Below are positions 42,703 to 52,499 of a stretch of 64,000 nt of DNA, piece after piece. The translations under genes and the position numbers were made by a program. This DNA is from Atribacterota bacterium (GTDB lineage: Bacteria > Atribacterota > Phoenicimicrobiia > Phoenicimicrobiales > Stramentimicrobiaceae). The stretch is taken from contig JAXGNR010000005.1 in NCBI GenBank assembly GCA_040767965.1, forward strand, positions 1-64,000, in the 5' to 3' direction. How positions within the stretch are numbered: position 1 is the stretch's first letter; each line of letters starts with the position of its first letter. Below the pieces are notes generated by a model. It worked only from the letters and a program-made list of their open reading frames with translations, did no database searches and was not told the origin of the DNA.

Positions 42703-43146
42703 TTATATTTTTAAATTTTGGATTTCATTAAATCTTTGTACATAAATATATTTTTGTACTTTCAGCAAGATAAGGGCTGTGCGGGGATCTTCCAGAAATT
42801 CCCTCAAATCAGGAAAACGTGCAAGATAAAGCTCCGAGAAGGGTTGTTTCCCAACTGTTTCCCCTTTTGCTATTATGGTTAAAGCCACAGCATCTTCAAA
42901 ATTTTTCAGATTATTCTTACGGTTATCAACAAGTAGTGAAATAAGAGGATATTTTTGGATATTATCATATTTTATAGTATCCTTGGCGGTTGCAAAAATA
43001 ATAAACTGAAGGTCTTTGGAATAAGCAAAAGCAACCAGGGAGCCATGAGGTTGTTTTTTACCCCGGGTTGCTAGCACAGCAAGTTTTTGATTTGAGAGAA
43101 GGTCAGTTATTTTTTCTCTTAATTGTAATTTAGAATTTTCTGACAA
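42703..43146 (-). CDS. Pyridoxamine 5'-phosphate oxidase family FMN-binding protein
   Basis: LAVLAT..PHGSLVAF..FAT..T.KY.NI..P.ISLLVDNR. Confidence 0.85.
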   Translation of the reverse strand: MSENSKLQLREKITDLLSNQKLAVLATRGKKQPHGSLVAFAYSKDLQFIIFATAKDTIKYDNIQKYPLISLLVDNRKNNLKNFEDAVALTIIAKGETVGKQPFSELYLARFPDLREFLEDPRTALILLKVQKYIYVQRFNEIQNLKI

Positions 43147-43440
43147 ATAAGATCATTCCTTTTTTATTGGGGTATAGAAATTTTAAATATTTTGTATTAA
43201 TATTTTATCATAATCTGGAGTTTTAAAGTGAAAATTGCCTTTTAATTCATTATAAAAATAAGAAAAAACATTTTAATAATTATGGTATAATAGCAAATCA
43301 AATTAATAGAATTTTTTTTATAGGGTAAATAATTATACTAAGAAATTAAGAAACAAAAAATGGAAGATTATTTTTAGTATATTCACTTTTTGTTAATAGA
43401 TTATAGACAATATTGATTTTAGAAGAGAAAGTTATAAAAC

Positions 43441-43878
43441 ATGAATGAATCAGTTAATATAGACACTATTAAGGAATTATGGTCTAAAACATATAACACA
43501 GAGGGAAATCCTGACTGGTCGCATATTCTTCCCTATTATGATAAGAATATATATTTCAGGGATTCGATCCAGGAAATTCTCGGAATAGAAGAATTTACTG
43601 CAATGACTAAACGCCTGGCAAAACGTTCGAAAGACCTAAAAATGAATATTGTCAATGTAATGATGGAATCCAATCTAGTTTTTTTAGAATGGGAAATGAC
43701 CATTCAATACAAGAAAAATCCAAGTTCTATATTATACGGAACTAGTAGGCTGACATTTAATAAAGAAGGAAAAATCGTAGAGCAAAGGGATTATTATGAT
43801 TTGTGGGGAGATACATTTGACAATATTCCCCGATTCGGTAAAGCATACAGGAAGTTTATGAGGAAGAAATTTGGATAA
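43441..43878 (+). CDS. SnoaL/NTF2-like protein
   Basis: YD..IYFRD..GTSRLTFNKEGKIVEQRDYYD. Confidence 0.85.
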   Translation: MNESVNIDTIKELWSKTYNTEGNPDWSHILPYYDKNIYFRDSIQEILGIEEFTAMTKRLAKRSKDLKMNIVNVMMESNLVFLEWEMTIQYKKNPSSILYGTSRLTFNKEGKIVEQRDYYDLWGDTFDNIPRFGKAYRKFMRKKFG

Positions 43879-43890
43879 TATAAATATTAG

Positions 43891-44856
43891 ATGAAAAGAA
43901 ACAGGAAAATATTTCAATATTTTAAAGAATATCATTGGTCAAATATATTTGCTATGATCAGAAATTGTCGGTTGGTTCCAGAAATTTGTAAAGAAGATTT
44001 TAAAAGTAAACTTGTTGTTATAACCGGAGCCACGTCGGGAATTGGTTACCATACTGCTAGAAAATATGCTGCCCACGGCTCAGATTTGTTGTGTATTAAT
44101 CGGAATTTGCAGAAATCGGAAGATCTTCGTAAGGAAATAGAAAATGAATTTAATGTTCAATGTGATTACAAAATAGCCGACTTAAGCAGGTTAAAAGATA
44201 TCATTCAGGTTTCAAAAGAGCTGTCTCAATTAATTAGACCTATCGATGTACTCATTCATAATGCAGGTATATACCTGACAAAAAAAGAAATTACCCCTGA
44301 TGGGTTTGAAAAGGTTTTTGCCGTACACTATCTTTCCTCCTTTATTATGAATTTTATTTTAAAAGAAAAACTGAAAGCCCAGGAAAATGCCCGGATTATT
44401 ATGGTAAATTCAGAAGGACATAGGTTTGCAATTTGGGGGATACATCTTGATGATCTTAATTGGGAAAAACACAGATATTCAGGATTAAAAAGTTATGGGT
44501 CGGCTAAAACAGCGCAGCTCTTGTCTATGATTAAGTTTAATAAAATTTTTAATAACACAGGTGTTACAATTAATTGTATGCATCCTGGAGCCGTTAAAAC
44601 AGGTACTGGTCAGGAGAATGGACCTTTTTATCGATGGTTTAAAAAGAATTTTTTTGATAAGCTATTACAATCGCCTGATATTTCAGCAGTAGCTTTATAC
44701 TATCTAGGAGTATCCAAAAATCTGGAAGGAGTAAGTGGAAAATTTTTTAACTTAACTACAGAAGAAATACCAGCCCCACCAGCTATGGATAAGGAAATTG
44801 CATATGATCTTTGGGAAAAAAGTATAGAGATAGCAGGGTTGCAAGAAATTTCTTAG
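43891..44856 (+). CDS. Short-chain dehydrogenase/reductase (retinol dehydrogenase-like)
   Basis: TGATSGIG; HNAG; YGSAK; HPGAVKT. Confidence 0.9.
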   Translation: MKRNRKIFQYFKEYHWSNIFAMIRNCRLVPEICKEDFKSKLVVITGATSGIGYHTARKYAAHGSDLLCINRNLQKSEDLRKEIENEFNVQCDYKIADLSRLKDIIQVSKELSQLIRPIDVLIHNAGIYLTKKEITPDGFEKVFAVHYLSSFIMNFILKEKLKAQENARIIMVNSEGHRFAIWGIHLDDLNWEKHRYSGLKSYGSAKTAQLLSMIKFNKIFNNTGVTINCMHPGAVKTGTGQENGPFYRWFKKNFFDKLLQSPDISAVALYYLGVSKNLEGVSGKFFNLTTEEIPAPPAMDKEIAYDLWEKSIEIAGLQEIS

Positions 44857-44890
44857 TATAAATATTATTGGAATCTGTTAGAATTAATTA

Positions 44891-46516
44891 ATGAATGAAA
44901 ATTATAAAATAGAAAATTTATATGATACGATTGTGGTTGGCGGAGGCATTGCCGGCTTGACCGCCACTGCTTACCTGGCACACTCAGGCCAAAAAGTCTT
45001 GCTTGTTGAAAAAAATAAAGAGTGCGGAGGTCTGGTAAATACTTTGAGTCGTGACGGATTTCATTTTGATGTTGGAGTAAGAGCCTTGATTAATGCTGGA
45101 ATAATTTTCACAATGCTGAAGGATCTGAACATCAACCTTGAAGTCGTCAAGAGCCCTGTATCTCTGGGCATTGAAAAAGAAATTATACATATTAAAAATC
45201 TTGCAAGCTTATCGGAATACCAGGAACTTCTGAAAAAATTCTACCCGGAAAGCAATAACGAAATTGATGATCTTATAAAGGTCATACGGAAGATAATTAA
45301 GCACATGGATGTGCTTTATGGAATTGAAAATCCAGTTTTCAAAGATCTGAAACGAGACATGAATTTTCTTTTTCATAAAATTCTCCCCTGGTTCCCAAAA
45401 TTCATTCTTACTGTCTGGAAAATAAATCACATGAATATGCCTGTAGAAGACTACCTAAAAACAATTGTAAAAGACCCATCTTTAAGAGACATGGTTATCC
45501 AGCATTTTTTTAAGAATACACCCTCCTTTTTTGCATTAAGTTACTTCTCTTTATACCTGGATTATTTTTATCCCAAGGGTGGAGTAGGTAAGTTATCAGA
45601 AGCGATTGAAAAAAAGATATTGTATTTTGGATTAAAAATAAAGAAAGAAACCAAAATTACACTTGTATATCCTAAAAAGAATCTTTTGAAAGACGAACAA
45701 GGCGTGAGTTATCAATATAAAAATTTAATATGGGCTGCCAATCTGAAGACACTCTATAAAATAACTGAAATAGGAAATGTTTCAGCGGCTATAAAAAGAA
45801 AGATAAATAAGACTAAAGAGAGGATGCTGATAAACAGAGGAGGAGATTCTGTTTTTACCCTTTTTATCGAAGTTGATGAGCCGCTTGAAAGTTTTGGAAA
45901 GATTGCCCATGGACATTTTTTTTATACACCTTCAAAAAAAGGATTAGGAGAAACACACCGTGAAGAGCTGAATAAACTATTAAGAAATTTTCCCCAGGTT
46001 AGTAAAAACCAAATACTAGAATGGTTGGATAAATTTACTACTTTAAATACCTATGAAATCTCAATTCCCGGTCTTAAGGATAATGAATTAGTTCCCACAG
46101 GGAAAACTGGCGTGATTATCAGTTGCCTTGCTGAATATAATCTTTTTAAAAAGATTCAACAAGCAGGCTGGATTGGAGAGTTTACATCAGAACTGGAGAA
46201 TCATATTATCAAAGTGCTATCAGATACTATTTATCCAATGTTAAAGGAAAAAGTTATTGCTCGTTTTTCACTGACGCCTTTGAGTATTGAGAATCGAATC
46301 GGAAGTTCTGAAGGAGCGATTACCGGTTGGGAATTTCAGAAGTCTATGCCGGTTATAAACAATATCTTATTCTCGAATAGATCTGTTGTAACACCTATTC
46401 CTTCTGTTTATCAGGCAGGCCAATGGGTTTATAGTCCGGCAGGGGTTCCCATGTCTATTCTTACTGGTAAAATAGCAGCCGATAAGATAGTTAAAGCAAG
46501 AAAATCCTCTTGTTAA
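44891..46516 (+). CDS. FAD-dependent oxidoreductase, phytoene desaturase-like
   Basis: VVGGGIAGL..EK..GG..FD.G; YPKGG; YQAGQW..PAGVP. Confidence 0.85.
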   Translation: MNENYKIENLYDTIVVGGGIAGLTATAYLAHSGQKVLLVEKNKECGGLVNTLSRDGFHFDVGVRALINAGIIFTMLKDLNINLEVVKSPVSLGIEKEIIHIKNLASLSEYQELLKKFYPESNNEIDDLIKVIRKIIKHMDVLYGIENPVFKDLKRDMNFLFHKILPWFPKFILTVWKINHMNMPVEDYLKTIVKDPSLRDMVIQHFFKNTPSFFALSYFSLYLDYFYPKGGVGKLSEAIEKKILYFGLKIKKETKITLVYPKKNLLKDEQGVSYQYKNLIWAANLKTLYKITEIGNVSAAIKRKINKTKERMLINRGGDSVFTLFIEVDEPLESFGKIAHGHFFYTPSKKGLGETHREELNKLLRNFPQVSKNQILEWLDKFTTLNTYEISIPGLKDNELVPTGKTGVIISCLAEYNLFKKIQQAGWIGEFTSELENHIIKVLSDTIYPMLKEKVIARFSLTPLSIENRIGSSEGAITGWEFQKSMPVINNILFSNRSVVTPIPSVYQAGQWVYSPAGVPMSILTGKIAADKIVKARKSSC

Positions 46517-46625
46517 TAAATATAGCATAACTTTAAGATGTGGGATAACAAAAATAGTCAAAAAATAATATTTCTGTAAAATAAAGTATTCAAAAAAGTT
46601 AAATTAAAATTAACCAAACATTTAT

Positions 46626-46653
46626 TTGACAAATCACTTGAATAAGGTATAAT
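46626..46653 (+). promoter_or_regulatory. sigma70 promoter of the RRM gene
   Basis: TTGACA-16 bp-TATAAT. Confidence 0.6.
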
Positions 46654-46847
46654 AGATTGATACTTAAAGATAATTATTGTTCTATTTTAAAATAGAATAG
46701 TAATTATCAGCCTTCTAGACTGGAAAGAACTGAAAGAATAGAGGGTTTATCAACAGTAATAAATAATATAGAGATTTTTTAATCTTGCAATCGCTTACCT
46801 CTAATTTAAATGTTACTGAAGAAATATTTTAAAAGGAGGTAAAAAAT

Positions 46848-47120
46848 ATGCAAGGAAGCAAACTATACGTAGGTAACTTAAACTATTCTGTAACTAACGA
46901 ACAATTAGAAGAACTTTTCACTAATCATGGCACTGTTAAAAGTGTTAATATAATCCAGGGCAAAGGTTTTGGATTTGTGGAAATGTCTTCTTCTGAAGAA
47001 GCTAGCAAAGCAAAAGATGCTTTACATGATACCGATTTTAATGGTCGCCCATTAAAGATTGACGAAGCTAAGCCGCAGCAACCCAGAAGAGATTTTAATG
47101 ATAGTAGAAGACGCTATTAA
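46848..47120 (+). CDS. RRM-domain RNA-binding protein
   Basis: RNP2 LYVGNL; RNP1 KGFGFVEM. Confidence 0.95.
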   Translation: MQGSKLYVGNLNYSVTNEQLEELFTNHGTVKSVNIIQGKGFGFVEMSSSEEASKAKDALHDTDFNGRPLKIDEAKPQQPRRDFNDSRRRY

Positions 47121-47137
47121 TTGTAGTTGTGAATAAT

Positions 47138-47174
47138 GAAAACCCCTTTAGCGGTAAAGCTTAAGGGGTTTTTC
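47138..47174 (+). terminator. Intrinsic terminator
   Basis: AAAACCCCTT..AAGGGGTTTTT. Confidence 0.85.
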
Positions 47175-47373
47175 TATTTGAAATAAATAAATAACTAAAG
47201 ATATCATTAAATATCTTTTATTCTGCCCAAAACCACCCGAAATATATCAAAAAATATATAATAGCAAATGTTTATATCAGTCTTCCAGACAGTAAATGAT
47301 TATTTTCTTAAAATAGAGTTAAAAAATATATTATTGCATAAAATATAAGGATAGGCTCCCGGAGAAATAAGTT

Positions 47374-48387
47374 ATGAAATTTAATCAAGTATATGATACT
47401 GATGACCTTACTTTCAATCCAACTACTAGTGTATTTAAGGAAATAGAAATGAAAGAACCAATTAATGAGAAAGCGAAAATTAAAAGAGCTAAGAATAAAA
47501 ACAAGGCCAAAAAGATTTCTTTCTTTGAAAAAGATTCTATTTCTATTGATAATAATATGCAGCAGGATGACCCGGTTAAGACGTATCTAAAGGAAATTAG
47601 CAAAATTAAATTATTAACCAAAAAAAGGGAAATTGAATTAGCCAAGCAAATTAAAGAAGGAGATGAAGAGGCTAAAAAAATTCTCGCTAAATCAAATTTA
47701 AGATTAGTCGTAAGTATTGCCAAACATTATACAGGCAAGGGACTCTTTTTCTTGGACCTGATTCAAGAAGGAAACATAGGATTAATTAAAGCGGTTGAAA
47801 AATTCGACTATAGGCGTGGCTATAAATTTAGTACATATGCCACATGGTGGATTAGACAAGCTATTACCCGTTCAATTGCTGATCAGGGAAGGACAATACG
47901 TGTTCCTGTGCATATGGTGGACATGATCCACAAGGTGGCAAGAATATCAAAGCTTTTAATACAGGATTTGGGTAGAGAGCCGTCAGTTGAGGAGATTGCC
48001 GAAGAGATGGAGTTGCCATCAGAAAAAATTAGGAGAATCATTAAAATAGCTCAACATCCAATTTCGCTGGAGAGTCCAATTGGTAAAGAAGATGATAGAA
48101 ATTTAGGAGATTTCATTGAAGATGAAGATTCCCCGGAACCTCTGAAAATTGCTGGAGATACTTTATTAAGAGAACAGCTGGAAAAAGTTCTAAAATCTTT
48201 AACACCAAGAGAAAAGCAAATTTTGGAATTAAGGTTCGGTATAGCCGGGGGACATCCCCATACCCTGGAAGAAGTCGGTAAAGATTTTGGCTTGACACGT
48301 GAAAGAATTAGGCAAATTCAGGATAAAGCAATTAGGAGATTAAGACATCCAAAACGTAGTGGAAAGTTACAAGATTATCTTGATTAA
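47374..48387 (+). CDS. RpoD/SigA-like sigma-70 factor without an evident region 1.1
   Basis: [10 protein letters not shown]; [10 protein letters not shown]; [10 protein letters not shown]; [13 protein letters not shown]; TRERIRQI. Confidence 0.9.
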   Translation: MKFNQVYDTDDLTFNPTTSVFKEIEMKEPINEKAKIKRAKNKNKAKKISFFEKDSISIDNNMQQDDPVKTYLKEISKIKLLTKKREIELAKQIKEGDEEAKKILAKSNLRLVVSIAKHYTGKGLFFLDLIQEGNIGLIKAVEKFDYRRGYKFSTYATWWIRQAITRSIADQGRTIRVPVHMVDMIHKVARISKLLIQDLGREPSVEEIAEEMELPSEKIRRIIKIAQHPISLESPIGKEDDRNLGDFIEDEDSPEPLKIAGDTLLREQLEKVLKSLTPREKQILELRFGIAGGHPHTLEEVGKDFGLTRERIRQIQDKAIRRLRHPKRSGKLQDYLD

Positions 48388-48700
48388 AAACAAACACTGA
48401 AGAATAAGTCATATTATAAGTATCTAGCAAAAATCCTTCTTATATTCACTTCTTGTATCAACAATATTTCTAATAAATCTTTAAAGTAATTTTATTATAT
48501 TATGCTTAAAGGAATTAGATTTCTTTGAAGTATCTTAGTTTAGATGTCTTAAATAATATTAAGGTTGAAAAATGGAAATTATGCTAAAATGACAAAAAAG
48601 AAATATTTTTGAATATCCGGTAATTATAGAAATTGAAGACTTATATTAATATGAGTGGTTTTGTAATTTATGGAACAAAAAGTAAAAGGAAGAACAATTA

Positions 48701-49369
48701 ATGGTTAAAAGAAAAGAAATATTTGAAGAGCTTCATTCAGTTATTTCCAGCAAGACACTTGATGCCATACTGCCACCTTTAATTTTTGTGTTGTTTAATA
48801 ACATAGCAGGGCTGGATTTGGCTGTGATGGCCTCTATAGTTTTTGCATTAATATTTGCAATAATTCGCCTTGTCAGGAAACAGGAGTGGAAATATGCCCT
48901 GGGTGGCCTGGTTGGAGTTGTACTGGCATCAGGATTAGCTTATTTAACCAGAAACCCGGTTCTTTATTTTATTGGACCTGTTTTAAGTAGTGGATTACTT
49001 TTTGTTTTGGCTGCGGCAAGCTTGCTAACCGGCAAGCCTCTGGCTGCCTGGACCAGCCATTTAAGCCGTGGATGGCCTCTGGAGTGGTATTGGCGCAAGG
49101 ATATAAAGCCGGCATATCGTGAGGTAACATGGTTTTGGACGGGATTAATTATGATTCGTTTATTGGTGCAAATATTTCTATTAAGAATTGGTGATGTAGC
49201 AACAATAGCCTGGGTTAATATCTTGCTGGGATGGCCTTTAACTTTATTCGTATTAATTTTCACTTATATTTATGGTATCTGGCGTTTGCATCAACTTGAA
49301 GGTCCAGGAATAGAGGAGTACAAAGAAGGGAAAAATGCTCCCTGGATAGGACAAACCAGAGGGTTTTAG
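48701..49369 (+). CDS. DUF3159-like membrane protein
   Basis: Multiple TMs; WR...AY..VTW.W..RL.VQ..LGWP. Confidence 0.7.
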   Translation: MVKRKEIFEELHSVISSKTLDAILPPLIFVLFNNIAGLDLAVMASIVFALIFAIIRLVRKQEWKYALGGLVGVVLASGLAYLTRNPVLYFIGPVLSSGLLFVLAAASLLTGKPLAAWTSHLSRGWPLEWYWRKDIKPAYREVTWFWTGLIMIRLLVQIFLLRIGDVATIAWVNILLGWPLTLFVLIFTYIYGIWRLHQLEGPGIEEYKEGKNAPWIGQTRGF

Positions 49370-49395
49370 TTAGCAATTATAAGGAGTTTTCAGCT

Positions 49396-50115
49396 ATGAA
49401 TATGAAAAATAAAAAACATTTATGCTTGGCAATAGGGCTAATAATATTTTTTATAATGTCCTGGGTAAACACTACTATTAATCTGGCTTCTGAAGAGAAG
49501 AATGTTTTACCGGAAGGATTTGTCTATATTGACGAATTGGTTCCAGATGTTATTCTGGATGTCAGATATTTCTCAAATGATAATTTTGTTGGAAATCGAA
49601 TAGACGGGTACCTTGCACCCAGGATAATATTAACAATAGAAGCAAGCAGGGCATTAGCAGCAGTTGCAGCTGAACTTAGAGAGCATGATTTGGCCTTAAA
49701 AATATTTGATGGTTATCGTCCCCAGCAGGCTGTTAACCATTTTATCCGATGGGCTGCTGATGTAGAGGATAAAAAAATGAAAGATAAATATTATCCTGAA
49801 GTAAATAAAAAAGACCTTTTTCGTTTAGGTTATATTGCTAAAAAGTCAGGACATTCAAGAGGAAGTACTGTTGATCTAACTCTAATTAATGTTAATACAG
49901 GTAAAGAGTTGGATATGGGAAGTGGTTTTGACTTTTTTGGGGAAATATCTCACCATAATACAAATTTAATTTCCAGGGAACAGCTTAAAAACAGGGCAAT
50001 ACTTAAAGCAACTATGGAAAAGTACGGTTTTATACCTTACTCTGGAGAATGGTGGCATTATACCTTAGGAAGTGAACCTTATCCTGATACTTATTATGAT
50101 TTTCCAGTTCAATGA
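49396..50115 (+). CDS. D-Ala-D-Ala dipeptidase (M15, VanX/DdpX family), signal peptide
   Basis: DGYRPQ; SGHSRGSTVDLTL; EWWHY. Confidence 0.92.
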   Translation: MNMKNKKHLCLAIGLIIFFIMSWVNTTINLASEEKNVLPEGFVYIDELVPDVILDVRYFSNDNFVGNRIDGYLAPRIILTIEASRALAAVAAELREHDLALKIFDGYRPQQAVNHFIRWAADVEDKKMKDKYYPEVNKKDLFRLGYIAKKSGHSRGSTVDLTLINVNTGKELDMGSGFDFFGEISHHNTNLISREQLKNRAILKATMEKYGFIPYSGEWWHYTLGSEPYPDTYYDFPVQ

Positions 50116-50182
50116 AGATTGTCAAAAGAACCGTCCCCGTGACAACCTTGACAAAATTGAAATATTAGAGGGAGTGAAATAT

Positions 50183-51901
50183 ATGAAAGTTGTGATTGTA
50201 GGTGGTGTTGCTGGCGGGGCTTCTGCTGCTGCCAGACTAAGAAGACTGGATGAAAAAGCAGAAATAATTATTATTGAAAGAGGGAAATATATTTCTTATG
50301 CCAACTGTGGATTGCCTTATTACTTAAGTGGTCTTATTGAAAAGAAAGAAGATTTAATAGTTAACACTCCTGAGTTGTTAAAGAAGCGCTTTAATCTGGA
50401 CATACGTACAAATCAGGAAGTACTGCAAATAAAAAGAACCGGAAAAACTGTTGCTATCCACGATAAAATTAGTGGAAAGTTATATGAAGAAAATTATGAC
50501 AAATTAATTTTATCTCCAGGAGCTAAACCATTTCATCCCCCAATAAAAGGACTTGACTCTAATAAAGTATTCAGCCTAAGAGATATTCCTGATGCCCTGG
50601 CTATTAAAGAATTTATTGATTCCAAAAAGCCTGAACGGATTGTTCTGTTTGGAGCTGGTTATATTGGAATTGAAATTGCCGAAAATCTTAAAAAGGCAGG
50701 AGTTTTTGTTAGTATCATTGAACTGATGCCGCAGGTATTAGGGCCTCTTGATTATGAGATGGCTACTTTGGTTCATCAACATCTCAGAGAGAATGATGTT
50801 GAATTTTATCTGGAAGACCCGGTGCAATTTATTGAACATAGAGAGAATTGTCAAATATTGGGTTTGGCTAGTGGGAAAAAAGTAAGAACAGATATGATTA
50901 TTATGGGTGTGGGGGTGAGACCTGAAAACACTTTAGCCAAGGAGTCCGGTTTGGAAATTGGAGTAACTGGAGGAATAAAGGTTAATAAATTTTTAGAAAC
51001 ATCAGATCCGGATATTTATGCTGTTGGTGATGCCATTGAGGTTGAGGATTTTATTGATCAATGTCCTTCGCTTATACCTCTTGCCGGTCCAGCCAACAAA
51101 CAGGGGAGAATTGCCGCAAATAATATATTAGGAGTCAGGGAAATGTATTCTGGCACCCAGGGAAGTTCTATTATAAAAGTTTTTGATATGACTATAGCTA
51201 CAACAGGAAATAATGAAAAGGTGTTAAAGAAAAAAGATATTTCCTATTTAAAATCATACACTCATTCACCTTCACATGCAGGATATTATCCGGGTGCAGA
51301 ACCAATATCTCTTAAGTTATTATTTTCTCCAAATGGTCAGATATTAGGTGCCCAGGCTGTAGGTAAAGAAGGAGTAGATAAGAGAATTGATGTTATAGCT
51401 ACAGCAATCAGAGCTGGTATGAAGGTATCTGATCTGGAAGAACTGGAATTGTGTTATGCTCCACCATATAATAGCGCTAAAGATCCGGTTAATATGGCCG
51501 GTTATGTTGCCAATAATATTTTAAAAGGAGATGTGGAGATATTTCATTGGAATGAATTAAACCAGTATCAACCGGAAATGGTAATTATTCTTGACGTAAG
51601 AAAGAATGACGAATGTCAGGAAGGAATGATTTCAGGTGCAATTAATATTCCGCTGGATGAGTTAAGAGAAAGGTTGAATGAACTGGATCGAAATAAAACA
51701 ATTTTAATCTATTGTCAGGTTGGATTGAGAGGATATTTAGCCTATCGCCTATTGAAGCTGAAGGGATTTAAAAATGTTAAAAATCTCAGTGGAGGTTATA
51801 AAACTTATTATCCAACAACATGCAGACAGGATAACTGCCCTCTCTACAGCTATGAAAAGATTTTAAAATCGGATATTCTGGAGGCTGAATCTAAAGATTA
51901 A
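50183..51901 (+). CDS. CoA-disulfide reductase with C-terminal rhodanese domain
   Basis: GGVAGGASAA; SYANCGLPY; YAPPY; rhodanese YCQVGLRG; GGAG RBS before ATG at 50183. Confidence 0.9.
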   Translation: MKVVIVGGVAGGASAAARLRRLDEKAEIIIIERGKYISYANCGLPYYLSGLIEKKEDLIVNTPELLKKRFNLDIRTNQEVLQIKRTGKTVAIHDKISGKLYEENYDKLILSPGAKPFHPPIKGLDSNKVFSLRDIPDALAIKEFIDSKKPERIVLFGAGYIGIEIAENLKKAGVFVSIIELMPQVLGPLDYEMATLVHQHLRENDVEFYLEDPVQFIEHRENCQILGLASGKKVRTDMIIMGVGVRPENTLAKESGLEIGVTGGIKVNKFLETSDPDIYAVGDAIEVEDFIDQCPSLIPLAGPANKQGRIAANNILGVREMYSGTQGSSIIKVFDMTIATTGNNEKVLKKKDISYLKSYTHSPSHAGYYPGAEPISLKLLFSPNGQILGAQAVGKEGVDKRIDVIATAIRAGMKVSDLEELELCYAPPYNSAKDPVNMAGYVANNILKGDVEIFHWNELNQYQPEMVIILDVRKNDECQEGMISGAINIPLDELRERLNELDRNKTILIYCQVGLRGYLAYRLLKLKGFKNVKNLSGGYKTYYPTTCRQDNCPLYSYEKILKSDILEAESKD

Positions 51902-52212
51902 AAAAGGAATTAAATAAAATTAATACTTTTGTTAATTGAAAGAAAACTCTTTCTGCAAGACAATAGTTTGTATAGGTGAAATAACAGCAAATAAACGACT
52001 GTTAAACTTAAAAGTGCAAGAAATAAATATCAGGCGAGACTTTGAAGGATATTTTCTAGCGTAAAGTAACAAATATCTATTTCAGTTGACATAAGAAATA
52101 CTATTTTAAATACAAATCCTGTATTCAATACCTTATTTGGATAATTTAAATTTTCTTTGTTATAATAAAATTGAATAATGCCAATTAAAATTTTAGAAAG
52201 TTGGTGAAGAAA

Positions 52213-52383
52213 ATGGTTAAAAATAATTATGATATTTGGTATACCAGCCTATCATCAATTGAAAAGCTAGAGCTGCAGGATGAATTTAATTTCGATGATT
52301 GGGATTCATTGCCGTTTTCTCAAAAAAAAATCATTTATAACGAAGCTACAGGTAAAGAAACAGATGTATATGAACCAGACTAA
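52213..52383 (+). CDS. Small acidic hypothetical protein
   Basis: TGTTATAAT upstream, GGTG RBS; internal W..SL...K repeat. Confidence 0.4.
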   Translation: MVKNNYDIWYTSLSSIEKLELQDEFNFDDWDSLPFSQKKIIYNEATGKETDVYEPD

Positions 52384-52499
52384 AATTAATTATAAAATGG
52401 TTAAACAATTGTAGCTTTTGGAGCATTGGCTATATAATAAAAAACATAAATAAAATTATCTATTAATTTATTGAAAAATATTAAAAGGATCTAAAAAGT

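Noticed and set aside
49396-50115. Vancomycin resistance locus
   Set aside because: Lone VanX/DdpX homolog with a signal peptide; no vanH/A/R/S nearby
50072-50182. Extended N-terminus of the CoA-disulfide reductase (and the similar CQKNRP start of ORF 25974)
   Set aside because: Translation of a family A repeat; not real coding sequence
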